Positions 1 to 8,684 of a stretch of 64,000 nt of DNA are shown here, piece by piece. The notes below the pieces were generated by a model. That model was not told the origin of the DNA, did not search any database, and saw nothing but the letters and a program-made list of their open reading frames with translations. The stretch lies in assembly GCA_046482875.1 (NCBI GenBank), contig JAWOEG010000019.1, positions 9,605 through 73,604 on the forward strand. Direction: 5' to 3'. Origin of the DNA: Eubacteriales bacterium (GTDB lineage Bacteria > Bacillota > Clostridia > Tissierellales > Dethiosulfatibacteraceae). Each line of letters begins with the position of its first letter. Position 1 is the first letter of the stretch. Both the position numbers and the translations under genes were made by a program.

Positions 1-143
1 TTAAAGATTCACGATCTTCAATCATTGACGGATTATCAACAGATGCTATAGAAAAAACCGTTAAAATAATATCCTGGTATGATAACGAATGGGGTTATTC
101 TAATAGGCTCGTGCAATTAGCAGAATATGTATCTTCAAAATAA
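1..143 (+). CDS. gap: glyceraldehyde-3-phosphate dehydrogenase, C-terminal fragment (gene begins upstream of the window)
   Basis: The open frame runs off the 5' edge (codon phase starts at nt 3). Its translated tail ...[27 protein letters not shown] carries the conserved [11 protein letters not shown]-terminal signature of GAPDH. Stop codon TAA at 141-143. Confidence 0.8.
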   Translation, partial: KDSRSSIIDGLSTDAIEKTVKIISWYDNEWGYSNRLVQLAEYVSSK

Positions 144-148
144 CTATA

Positions 149-177
149 TTGACAATAAAATTATATTTTGATATTAT
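149..177 (+). promoter_or_regulatory. sigma-A type promoter for the valS leader
   Basis: TTGACA (149-154), a 17-nt spacer, then TATTAT (172-177), immediately upstream of the T-box leader. Confidence 0.55.
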
Positions 178-199
178 TTTAGATAATTAAATATTATGC

Positions 200-417
200 T
201 ATGACAAAGAGGAGTAGTTGTATAAACTTTAAGAGATTGGATTAAATAGCTGAAAAAATCCATAAGTAAATGTACAATGAAGGTAGCTTTAGAGCATGTA
301 ATCTGAAATAAAGTAGGATTATACGGATATTTCCGTTACAAATTAAGAGCCAAATTGGAACTAAGGTGGTACCGCGGGTAATCTCGTCCTTAAAAAGGAT
401 GAGATTACCCGTTTTTT
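200..417 (+). promoter_or_regulatory. T-box riboswitch leader, probably Val-specific, with intrinsic terminator
   Basis: Conserved T-box sequence AAGGTGGTACCGCGGG at about 364-378. It overlaps the terminator stem GGGTAATCTCGTCC/GGATGAGATTACCC (376-410), which is followed by GTTTTTT. The upstream stem I region has AGAGA and GCTGAAA elements and GTA (Val) codons in the expected specifier region (TAAGTAAATGTACAA). valS lies downstream. Confidence 0.85.
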
Positions 418-465
418 CATGACCTAACATTTCAGCAGAATAAATACATTAAAAGGATGATGATC

Positions 466-633
466 ATGTACAATTTTGGACTAGGCTTATTATTAGTAGG
501 ATCACTAATAGTGTTTGGGTCAGATAAATTATTTAGAAAAGGTAAAATAAAAACAATGAAAAAGCTACTTACAGTTAAAGGGATAGGTTTAGCTGTAACA
601 TTATTAGGAATGATAATAATGATAAAATTTTAA
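466..633 (+). CDS. small hydrophobic protein (about 55 aa, two predicted TM segments) between the T-box terminator and valS
   Basis: This ORF is below the track cutoff. It reads ATG(466) MYNFGLGLLLVGSLIVFGSDKLFRKGKIKTMKKLLTVKGIGLAVTLLGMIIMIKF* with TAA at 631-633. An AAAGG Shine-Dalgarno-like sequence sits at 452-456. In-frame ATGs at 457/460 are alternative starts. I recognise no homology. Confidence 0.4.
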   Translation: MYNFGLGLLLVGSLIVFGSDKLFRKGKIKTMKKLLTVKGIGLAVTLLGMIIMIKF

Positions 634-645
634 TAGGAGGGTAAT

Positions 646-3288
646 ATGGAAAATTTAGCTAAAAAATACAACCCAAAAGATTTCGAGGATAGAATATACA
701 AGATGTGGGAAGAAAATGGTTACTTTAAGGCAGAAGCTAATAAAGATAAGGAACCTTTTACTATTGTTTTACCACCACCTAATATTACAGGACAGCTTCA
801 TATGGGACATGCATTAGACCATATACTTCAAGATATCTTAATCAGGTGGAAAAGAATGGACGGATATGAAGCATTATGGCTTCCTGGAACTGATCATGCA
901 AGCATTGCTACAGAAGTGAAGGTAGTAAAAAAATTAAGAAGAGAAGGAATAGAAAAAGATCAAATAGGCAGAGAAAAATTTCTTGAAAAAGCATGGGAAT
1001 GGAAAGATGAATACGGTGGTAGAATAACAGATCAGATGAAAAAGCTGGGGAATTCTTGCGATTGGTCAAGAGAGAGATTTACAATGGATGAAGGATGCAG
1101 CAAAGCGGTAAATGATGTTTTTGTAAAACTTTATGAAGAAGGATTAATTTATAGAGGAAATAGAATTATAAATTGGTGTCCTGACTGTCTTACTTCTTTA
1201 TCAGATATAGAAGTTGAACATGAAGATAAAGATGGTAATTACTATTATGTTAAGTATCATTTCGTAGATAATAAAGATGAATACTTTACAATAGCTACCA
1301 CAAGACCGGAAACTATATTTGGAGATACAGCTATAGCTGTACATCCTGACGATGAAAGATATCAAAAATACATCGGAAAGAAAGTTATTGTACCCCTGGT
1401 AGGAAGAGAAATAGAAATTATAGCTGATGAATATCCAGATATGGAAAAAGGTACTGGAGCCTTAAAAATAACACCATCCCACGACCCTAATGATTTTGCT
1501 ATTGGCAAAAGACACGACTTAGAAGAAATTTCCTGTATAGATGAAAAAGGTGTAATGAATTCTTATGCCGGCAAATACAAAGGAATGGATAGGTATCAGT
1601 GTAGAAAGGCTTTTGTAGAAGACTTAAAATCAAATGATTTAATAGTAAAAATTGAAAAAAATAATCATTCTGTAGGTACTTGCTACAGATGCAATACGGT
1701 AATAGAACCTAGGATATCTGATCAGTGGTTTGTAAAAATGGAACCATTAGCTGGACCAGCTATAAAAGCAGTAAAAGATAGTAAAACCAAATTTATCCCG
1801 GAAAGGTTTGATAAGATATACTTCCACTGGCTTGAAAATATAAGAGATTGGTGTATTTCAAGACAGCTATGGTGGGGACATAGGATACCTGCATACTATT
1901 GTCAGGATTGTGGAGAAACAATAGTTGCTAAAAAACCACCGGAAAAATGCACGAAATGTGGAAGTGAAAACTTAAATCAAGACGAAGACGTTTTAGATAC
2001 TTGGTTTAGTTCGGCATTATGGCCTTTTTCAACATTAGGATGGCCAGAAGAAACAAAAGATTTAGAATATTTTTATCCTACTAATGTATTGGTAACAGGA
2101 TACGATATTATTTTCTTTTGGGTTGTAAGGATGATGTTTTCTGGTTTAGAGCATATGAATGAAGTACCCTTCAAACATGTTTTAATACACGGATTGGTAA
2201 GAGATGCACAGGGAAATAAAATGAGTAAATCCCTAGGAAATGGAGTAGACCCATTAGAAGTAATTGATGAATATGGAGCTGATGCCCTTAGATTTATGTT
2301 GATAACAGGCTTAACACCGGGGAATGATACAAGATATCAAGTAGACAAACTTGAAGCTAGTAGAAATTTCGCAAACAAACTGTGGAATGCATCTAGATTT
2401 GTACTAATGAACTTAAAGGAAGACGAAGAATTAACTCCAAATATTAAAACCTTAAAAAACGAAGATAAATGGATGCTTTCAAGAATGAGTAAGGTGACAG
2501 AAGAAATAAATAAAAATTTAGAAAATTTTGATTTAGGATTGGCTCTACATAAGATATATGATTTTATCTGGAATGAATACTGCGATTGGTACATAGAATT
2601 AGTTAAGCCGAGATTGTACGGAGACAATAAAGAAGACAAACAAAATTCTCTTTATGTACTGGTGAACATAATGAAAGATATGCTTAAACTACTTCATCCA
2701 TTTATGCCATTTATTACTGAAGAGATATGGCAGAATTTACCGGGGAATGATGAACCACTTATCATAAGCCAATGGCCAAAAGTAAAAATAGAAAATAAAT
2801 ACCAAAAATCAGTAGAAGAGATAAACTTTGCTATGGAGATAATAAAAAGCATAAGAAATATTAAGGCGGAAATGGATGTTAAACCATCTAAAACAATAAA
2901 TGGATACTTTATTCCTAAAAATAAAAAATATAAAGAGTATCTAAAAAGTATAGAAAGGCACCTTAATAATTTGATTAATCTAGAAGAAATGACTATATTG
3001 GAAAATAAAGATATAATAGATGAAGATACAGCATCAGCGGTAATCGATGGTTTAGAAATTTATCTTCCATTATCCGAACTTATAGATTTTGAAAAAGAAA
3101 AAGAAAGACTGGAAAAAGAAAAAGAAAAACTAGAATCTGAGATAAAAAGAGCCGAAGGAAAATTAAAGAATAAAAGTTTTGTAGAAAAGGCTCCTGTAAA
3201 GATTGTAGAAGAAGAAAGAGAGAAGTTAAAAAAATATAAAGATATGTATGATAAGGTATTAAGCAGGATAAAACAAATAAATAGTTGA
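646..3288 (+). CDS. valS: valine--tRNA ligase
   Basis: 880-aa ORF with the class I HIGH motif (PPPNITGQLHMGHAL), KMSKS (GNKMSKSLGNG), CP1 editing-domain features and a C-terminal coiled coil (EKEKERLEKEKEKLESEIKRAEGKLKN). GGAGGG RBS upstream. Confidence 0.97.
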   Translation: MENLAKKYNPKDFEDRIYKMWEENGYFKAEANKDKEPFTIVLPPPNITGQLHMGHALDHILQDILIRWKRMDGYEALWLPGTDHASIATEVKVVKKLRREGIEKDQIGREKFLEKAWEWKDEYGGRITDQMKKLGNSCDWSRERFTMDEGCSKAVNDVFVKLYEEGLIYRGNRIINWCPDCLTSLSDIEVEHEDKDGNYYYVKYHFVDNKDEYFTIATTRPETIFGDTAIAVHPDDERYQKYIGKKVIVPLVGREIEIIADEYPDMEKGTGALKITPSHDPNDFAIGKRHDLEEISCIDEKGVMNSYAGKYKGMDRYQCRKAFVEDLKSNDLIVKIEKNNHSVGTCYRCNTVIEPRISDQWFVKMEPLAGPAIKAVKDSKTKFIPERFDKIYFHWLENIRDWCISRQLWWGHRIPAYYCQDCGETIVAKKPPEKCTKCGSENLNQDEDVLDTWFSSALWPFSTLGWPEETKDLEYFYPTNVLVTGYDIIFFWVVRMMFSGLEHMNEVPFKHVLIHGLVRDAQGNKMSKSLGNGVDPLEVIDEYGADALRFMLITGLTPGNDTRYQVDKLEASRNFANKLWNASRFVLMNLKEDEELTPNIKTLKNEDKWMLSRMSKVTEEINKNLENFDLGLALHKIYDFIWNEYCDWYIELVKPRLYGDNKEDKQNSLYVLVNIMKDMLKLLHPFMPFITEEIWQNLPGNDEPLIISQWPKVKIENKYQKSVEEINFAMEIIKSIRNIKAEMDVKPSKTINGYFIPKNKKYKEYLKSIERHLNNLINLEEMTILENKDIIDEDTASAVIDGLEIYLPLSELIDFEKEKERLEKEKEKLESEIKRAEGKLKNKSFVEKAPVKIVEEEREKLKKYKDMYDKVLSRIKQINS

Positions 3289-3337
3289 TTTTTTATTAAA
3301 AGTGTAATAAACTTTTGATTGTTGTAATTAAATATTT

Positions 3338-3476
3338 CTCGTATAAATTTGGCAATAAGGGTCAAATGTTTCTACAAACTACCGTAAATAGTTACAGGCT
3401 ACGAGTTCTGAACAAAAATTAATTTTTGTGTTAATTTTGTTATGAACTCTGCTTTTGCAGAGTTTTACTTTTTTAT
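3338..3476 (+). promoter_or_regulatory. purine riboswitch (guanine/xanthine class) with terminator expression platform
   Basis: The aptamer at 3338-3405 (CTCGTATAAATTTGGCAATAAGGGTCAAATGTTTCTACAAACTACCGTAAATAGTTACAGGCTACGAG) contains the conserved TATAA, GTTTCTAC and CCGTAAAT cores and a closing P1 helix CTCGTA/TACGAG. The discriminator position reads C (GGCTAC), as in guanine riboswitches. A terminator AACTCTGC-TTTT-GCAGAGTT plus T-tract follows at 3445-3476. Confidence 0.85.
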
Positions 3477-3488
3477 AAAGGAGAATGT

Positions 3489-4055
3489 ATGGAATTATTG
3501 GAGCAGAAGATTTTAAAAGAAGGGAAAGCATTAGGAAATAATATTGTTAAAGTTGATTCTTTTCTAAATCATCAGATAGATATCAATCTTTTGAAAAGTA
3601 TTGGAAAAGAGTTTCACAAAAGGTTTGAAGAAGATAACATAACAAAGATTTTAACAATTGAAGCATCAGGAATAGCAATAGCAAGTATTACAGCTTTGTA
3701 CTTTAATGTTCCCGTGGTTTTTGCTAAAAAAACTCAATCTTTGAATTTAGATGAAGACGTATATACTAATAGAGTATATTCCTACACTAAAGAAAAGTAT
3801 TATGACATTAAAGTTTCAAAAAAATACCTAAATGAAGAAGATAACATTTTGATAATTGATGATTTTTTAGCAAGAGGACAAGCGGCATTAGGACTTTATA
3901 ATATTGTAAAACAGAGCAAAGGAAATGTAAAAGGAATCGGTATAGTTGTAGAAAAAGGATTCCAAGATGGTAGGAAGCTACTACTGGAAAAAGAAATAAG
4001 ATTAGAATCATTAGCAATAGTTAAAAAAATCCAAAAAGGAAAAATAATTTTCTAA
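3489..4055 (+). CDS. xpt: xanthine phosphoribosyltransferase
   Basis: The 188-aa N-terminus MELLEQKILKEGKALGNNIVKVDSFLNHQID is typical of Xpt. PRPP-binding loop ILIIDDFLARG. The gene sits directly behind a purine riboswitch, as in Bacillus xpt. Confidence 0.9.
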   Translation: MELLEQKILKEGKALGNNIVKVDSFLNHQIDINLLKSIGKEFHKRFEEDNITKILTIEASGIAIASITALYFNVPVVFAKKTQSLNLDEDVYTNRVYSYTKEKYYDIKVSKKYLNEEDNILIIDDFLARGQAALGLYNIVKQSKGNVKGIGIVVEKGFQDGRKLLLEKEIRLESLAIVKKIQKGKIIF

Positions 4056-4071
4056 AAAACAGGAGGAAAAA

Positions 4072-5157
4072 ATGAAAAAATTTTTATTAGTAATTTTATC
4101 ATTAACATTAATGCTTTCACTGGTAGGTTGCGGAAGCGAAGAAGATGTTGAGACACCAAAAGAAGAAGAATTAACTGTAGGGTTTATATTTGTAGGACCT
4201 ATCGGTGATGGCGGTTGGACATATGCCCATAATGAAGGCAGACTATATTTAGAAGAAAACTTAAATGTTAAAACTATTTATAAAGAATCAGTTCCTGAAA
4301 CTCAAGAAGTTGAACAGGAAATTAGAAATATGATCGACCAGGGTGCAGAGGCAATTTTTGCTACAAGCTTTGGATATATGGATTACGTTGTAGAAGTTTC
4401 AAAAGATTATCCTGAGGTAGCTTTTTTCCACTGTTCAGGATACAAAACTACAGAAAACTTAACTACTTATTTTGGTAGAATCTATCAGCCAAGATATCTA
4501 AGTGGAATAGTTGCAGGACTAAAAACAGAAACAGATAATATTGGATACGTAGCTGCATACCCAATACCAGAAGTAATAAGAGGTATAAATGCTTTTACAT
4601 TAGGAGTGCAATCAGTAAATCCTGATGCAACAGTAAGAGTAAAATGGACATCTACTTGGTATGACCCTGCAATAGAAAAAGAAGCAGCAATAGCCCTGTT
4701 AGATGAAGGAGCAGACGTAATAGCTCAGCATCAGGATACTACAGGACCACAACAAGCTGCTGAAGAAAGAGAAGCTTATTCTATAGGGTATAATACTGAT
4801 ATGTCTGAAATGGCGCCGGAAGCATATATGACAGCACCAATATGGAACTGGGGACCTTATTATGTTGAGCAAGTTCAAACAGTAATTGATGGAACATTTG
4901 AATCACATCAATACTGGGGTGGAATGGATGATAATATAGTAGAGCTAGCTCCTGTTACAGATTTAGCACCAGATGAAGCAGAGGAATTCGTGGATGAAGC
5001 TAAAGAGAAAATACTAAATGAGCAAGTAAAAGTATTTGGTGGTCCTATTTACGACCAAGAAGGAAGCTTGAAAGTGGAAGAAGGACAAGAATTAACAGAT
5101 GGAGAAATGCTTGATATGATGTGGTTTGTAGAAGGTGTAGAAGGAAATATAGAATAG
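4072..5157 (+). CDS. BMP-family (PnrA/TmpC-like) nucleoside-binding lipoprotein, ABC transporter substrate-binding component
   Basis: Signal peptide plus lipobox LSLVGC, with an acidic linker. Motifs typical of the basic membrane protein family (GFIFVGPIGDGGWTYAHNEG, GYVAAYPIPEVIRGINAF). Followed by the cognate ATPase and two permeases. Confidence 0.85.
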   Translation: MKKFLLVILSLTLMLSLVGCGSEEDVETPKEEELTVGFIFVGPIGDGGWTYAHNEGRLYLEENLNVKTIYKESVPETQEVEQEIRNMIDQGAEAIFATSFGYMDYVVEVSKDYPEVAFFHCSGYKTTENLTTYFGRIYQPRYLSGIVAGLKTETDNIGYVAAYPIPEVIRGINAFTLGVQSVNPDATVRVKWTSTWYDPAIEKEAAIALLDEGADVIAQHQDTTGPQQAAEEREAYSIGYNTDMSEMAPEAYMTAPIWNWGPYYVEQVQTVIDGTFESHQYWGGMDDNIVELAPVTDLAPDEAEEFVDEAKEKILNEQVKVFGGPIYDQEGSLKVEEGQELTDGEMLDMMWFVEGVEGNIE

Positions 5158-5165
5158 AGGGTTTT

Positions 5166-6689
5166 ATGGATCAAAATATTTATGTAAAAATGGAAAACAT
5201 AAGTAAAAGTTTTGGTACAGTTAAGGCAAATGATAATATTAATTTAAAAGTAAAAAAAGGAGAAATCCATGCTCTTTTAGGAGAAAACGGAGCTGGGAAA
5301 AGTACCCTTATGAACATGCTATCAGGTTTTTATAAGCCTGATAGCGGTTCTATTTATATACATGGAGAACCTGTAAAATTCGATTCTCCGGAGGATTCAA
5401 TAAAAAAAGGTATAGGAATGATACATCAGCATTACAAGTTAGTAGAAGCAATGACTGCTGTTCAAAACATAACATTAGGTCAAAAAGGTAGTTTCTTTTT
5501 AAGCCAAAAGAAAAGCAAAGATAAAATTAAAAAAGTAGCAGAAAGCTATGGACTCAGCATAAACTATAATAAAAAAATATATGAAATGTCAATAGGAGAA
5601 AAGCAGGCAACTGAAATACTAAAAGTGCTCTATCAAGGAGCGGATATACTTATAATGGATGAACCTACTGCTGTATTAACACCGCAAGAAACAAAAAAAT
5701 TGTTTCAAATTCTTAAAAACATGGCAAAAGAAGGGTGCTCAATTATAATAATAACTCATAAACTTCATGAAGTTATGGAAATATCCAATAAGGTTACAGT
5801 ATTAAGAAAAGGAAATACAGTTAAAACATTAGAAACCTCTAAGACTAATTCTAAGGAACTTACGGATTTAATGGTGGGAAGAGCTGTGGATTTATCCATA
5901 GATAGACCCAAAGTTGAAATAGGAGAAGAGATACTTAAGATACAAGATTTAACAGTGGAAGATATAGAAAAGGTAGAAGTTTTAAAAGATATTTCTTTTA
6001 CTTTGCATAAAGGAGAAATATTAGGAGTAGCTGGAGTAGCTGGAAGTGGACAAAAGGAACTATGCGAAGCTATAGCCGGTCTTCATAAAATAAAAAAAGG
6101 TAGAATATTATACGATAGTGAAAACATGGTAGGATTATCACCAAGAGATATAATATATAAAGGCATAAGTATGAGCTTTATTCCTGAGGATAGACTAGGA
6201 ATGGGTTTGGTAGCTTCAATGGACATGGTTGATAATTATTTACTTAAAGAACAGCATAAGCAAAAGGGTTTATTTATAAAGAGAAAGCCTGTAAAAGAGA
6301 AGTGCAAAAATATGATTGATAAACTAGAGATACAAACACCAGGAACTTCTCATCCTGTAAAACAACTATCAGGAGGTAATATTCAAAAAGTCTTGATTGG
6401 AAGAGAAATAGATACAAATCCTCAGGTTTTAATAACTGCCTATGCAGTAAGAGGTTTAGATATAGCATCATCCCATACAATTTATGATTTGATTAACGAA
6501 CAGAAGAAAAAAGGCGTGGGTATATTATTTATAGGTGAAGATTTAGATGTGCTACTAAAACTTTGCGATAGAATAATGGTCCTTTCAAGTGGAAAAGTAA
6601 CAGGAATTTTATCTGCAGAAGGAACTACTAAAGAAAAAATTGGGCTTTTAATGTCTGATGAAATAGATACAGAGGTGCTGACAGTATGA
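5166..6689 (+). CDS. ABC transporter ATP-binding protein (duplicated nucleotide-binding domains), sugar/nucleoside type
   Basis: Two NBDs: Walker A GENGAGKST and GVAGSGQKE, plus the LSGGNIQK signature. The start is placed at ATG 5166 (MDQNIYVKMENISK), just after the upstream stop, rather than at the track start 5121, which overlaps the BMP gene. Confidence 0.9.
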   Translation: MDQNIYVKMENISKSFGTVKANDNINLKVKKGEIHALLGENGAGKSTLMNMLSGFYKPDSGSIYIHGEPVKFDSPEDSIKKGIGMIHQHYKLVEAMTAVQNITLGQKGSFFLSQKKSKDKIKKVAESYGLSINYNKKIYEMSIGEKQATEILKVLYQGADILIMDEPTAVLTPQETKKLFQILKNMAKEGCSIIIITHKLHEVMEISNKVTVLRKGNTVKTLETSKTNSKELTDLMVGRAVDLSIDRPKVEIGEEILKIQDLTVEDIEKVEVLKDISFTLHKGEILGVAGVAGSGQKELCEAIAGLHKIKKGRILYDSENMVGLSPRDIIYKGISMSFIPEDRLGMGLVASMDMVDNYLLKEQHKQKGLFIKRKPVKEKCKNMIDKLEIQTPGTSHPVKQLSGGNIQKVLIGREIDTNPQVLITAYAVRGLDIASSHTIYDLINEQKKKGVGILFIGEDLDVLLKLCDRIMVLSSGKVTGILSAEGTTKEKIGLLMSDEIDTEVLTV

Positions 6690-7762
6690 GAATGATAAAA
6701 AGAGAAAAAATTTCAAAAAGAGAAGCTGTTAAAATAAGAACTGTAGCAATCTTAGGATCTTTAATTTTATCCGGACTATTTATATTTTTACTGGGACACA
6801 ACCCAGTAGACGTATATATTTCAATGGCAAAAGGAGCTTTTGGTTCTTTATATAGGATTAAAGATACTATTAATATTATAATACCATTGATTATGACATC
6901 TTTAGGTATAATGATAGCTTTTAAAATGAAATTTTGGAACATAGGTGGAGAAGGACAGATTTTAATTGGAGCTCTGTTTGCCAGCTATATTGCATTAAAC
7001 TTTTCAAATTTACCGAAGCCGGTACTTTTACCTATAATGTTTCTAGCAGGATTTATGGGAGGCGGATTTTGGGCTTTTATACCTGCATTGTTAAAAGTTA
7101 AATTTCAAACCAACGAAACTATAATTACTTTAATGATGAACTATATAGCATTAAATATAATAACATATTTACAATATGGACCCTGGAGAGACCCTCAATC
7201 CCTAGGATTTCCAAAAATATCTAGTTTTGCTGAGAGTGCTTTACTGCCAGATGTTTTAGGAATACATATGGGATGGATAGTTACGGTTTTGACAGTTGTT
7301 TTAGTTACAGTATTTATGAACAAAACAAAATTTGGATACGAAATAAAAGTTGTAGGAGAGAGTAAGGATACAGCTAATTACTCCGGAATAAGGGTAAATA
7401 GGGTTGTTCTAAGAGGATTAATTATAAGCGGTGGAATATGTGGAATAGTTGGTATGATGGAAGTTTCAGGAGTTAATGGAACCTTAACTAATCATGTATC
7501 AGCAGGATATGGATATACAGCAATAATTACTGCTTGGCTTTCAGGGTTAAAACCAGCTTTTATCATTCCTGTTTCCGCACTTTTCGCTGGATTAATTAAA
7601 GGTGGAGGATTTATTCAAACGGCTTATCAGATACCCCAATCTGCAGCAGATATTATACAAAGTATGATATTATTTTTTGTTATAGGTAGCGAATTTTTTA
7701 TTCAATATAAACTGGTACCAGATAAGAGAAATGATAAGGGAGGAAATATAAATGTTAGTTAA
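6686..7762 (+). CDS. ABC transporter permease (BMP/nucleoside uptake system)
   Basis: 358-aa polytopic membrane protein. Its start overlaps the ATPase stop (ATGA). The order binding protein-ATPase-permease-permease is conserved. Confidence 0.85.
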   Translation: MRMIKREKISKREAVKIRTVAILGSLILSGLFIFLLGHNPVDVYISMAKGAFGSLYRIKDTINIIIPLIMTSLGIMIAFKMKFWNIGGEGQILIGALFASYIALNFSNLPKPVLLPIMFLAGFMGGGFWAFIPALLKVKFQTNETIITLMMNYIALNIITYLQYGPWRDPQSLGFPKISSFAESALLPDVLGIHMGWIVTVLTVVLVTVFMNKTKFGYEIKVVGESKDTANYSGIRVNRVVLRGLIISGGICGIVGMMEVSGVNGTLTNHVSAGYGYTAIITAWLSGLKPAFIIPVSALFAGLIKGGGFIQTAYQIPQSAADIIQSMILFFVIGSEFFIQYKLVPDKRNDKGGNINVS

Positions 7763-8675
7763 TATATTGAAAGCATCCGTTATTGCAGGTACTCCTTTAT
7801 TGTTAGCCACCCTAGGAGAACTTATAACAGAAAAAGCAGGGAACCTAAACTTAGGTGTAGAAGGTATGATGTTAATAGGAGCTATATCAGGATTTGCACT
7901 AGGATTTCATTTTCAAGATCCATACATTGCATTACTAGGAGCTGCTGTAGCAGGAAGTTTATCTGCATTAATATACGGATTCTTAACAATCACACTAAGG
8001 TCAAATCAAGTTGTATCCGGTTTGTCTTTAACTATTTTTGGAACAGGAGTTTCTAGTTTTATAGGTACTAACTTTATAGGCAAGAAGATGGCATCAGAAG
8101 TTATAAATTTTTTTAAGCCGGTAGAGATACCTTTATTGTCTAAAATTCCAATAATAGGAGAAGTATTTTTCTATCAGGATATTTACATATATTTAAGTTA
8201 TATACTTGTAGTATTTTTAGGAATATACCTATACAAAACAAGAAAAGGGTTAAATTTAACAGCAATTGGAGAAAATCCTTCAGCAGCTGATGCAGCAGGG
8301 ATAAATATAGATCTGTATAAATACATACATATTCTCGTTGGAGGGGCTTTATGCGGATTAGGAGGAGCATATCTTTCTATTGTAGAAGTACCTACTTGGC
8401 AGGACAATATAACTGCTGGAAGAGGGTGGATTGCTATCGCTTTAGTTATTTTTTCAAAATGGAATCCTTTAAAATCAATATATGGTGCATACCTTTTTGG
8501 TGGATTGAGTATTATAGGTTTTAGAATTCAGTATTTAAATATTTCTCAAAATTTATTAAATATGCTTCCTTACATTGTAACTATAATTATGCTCACCTTT
8601 AGTTCTTTAAATAAATCAAAAGAAGGAAGTCCTCCTAAATCATTGAGTCTTCCTTATTTTAGGGAAGAAAGATAA
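7752..8675 (+). CDS. ABC transporter permease (second subunit)
   Basis: 307-aa polytopic membrane protein that overlaps the preceding permease by 11 nt. It is the last gene of the riboswitch-headed cluster. Confidence 0.85.
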   Translation: MLVNILKASVIAGTPLLLATLGELITEKAGNLNLGVEGMMLIGAISGFALGFHFQDPYIALLGAAVAGSLSALIYGFLTITLRSNQVVSGLSLTIFGTGVSSFIGTNFIGKKMASEVINFFKPVEIPLLSKIPIIGEVFFYQDIYIYLSYILVVFLGIYLYKTRKGLNLTAIGENPSAADAAGINIDLYKYIHILVGGALCGLGGAYLSIVEVPTWQDNITAGRGWIAIALVIFSKWNPLKSIYGAYLFGGLSIIGFRIQYLNISQNLLNMLPYIVTIIMLTFSSLNKSKEGSPPKSLSLPYFREER

Positions 8676-8684
8676 AAAATATTA

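Noticed and set aside
242-430. 62-aa minus-strand ORF in the track
   Set aside because: It lies entirely within the valS T-box leader and terminator. It has no RBS, and the region is better explained by the conserved T-box RNA elements.
5121-5165. N-terminal extensions implied by the longest-ORF starts (5121 for the ABC ATPase, 20623 for purM, 32935 for carD, 39262 for the DUF4015 protein, 47774 for the Cys-rich peptide, 28695 for the HAD protein, 55393 GTG for prfB)
   Set aside because: In each case a downstream start has a proper RBS, matches the conserved N-terminus of the family, and avoids overlap with the upstream gene, promoter or operator. For prfB the true start is upstream, with a +1 frameshift.
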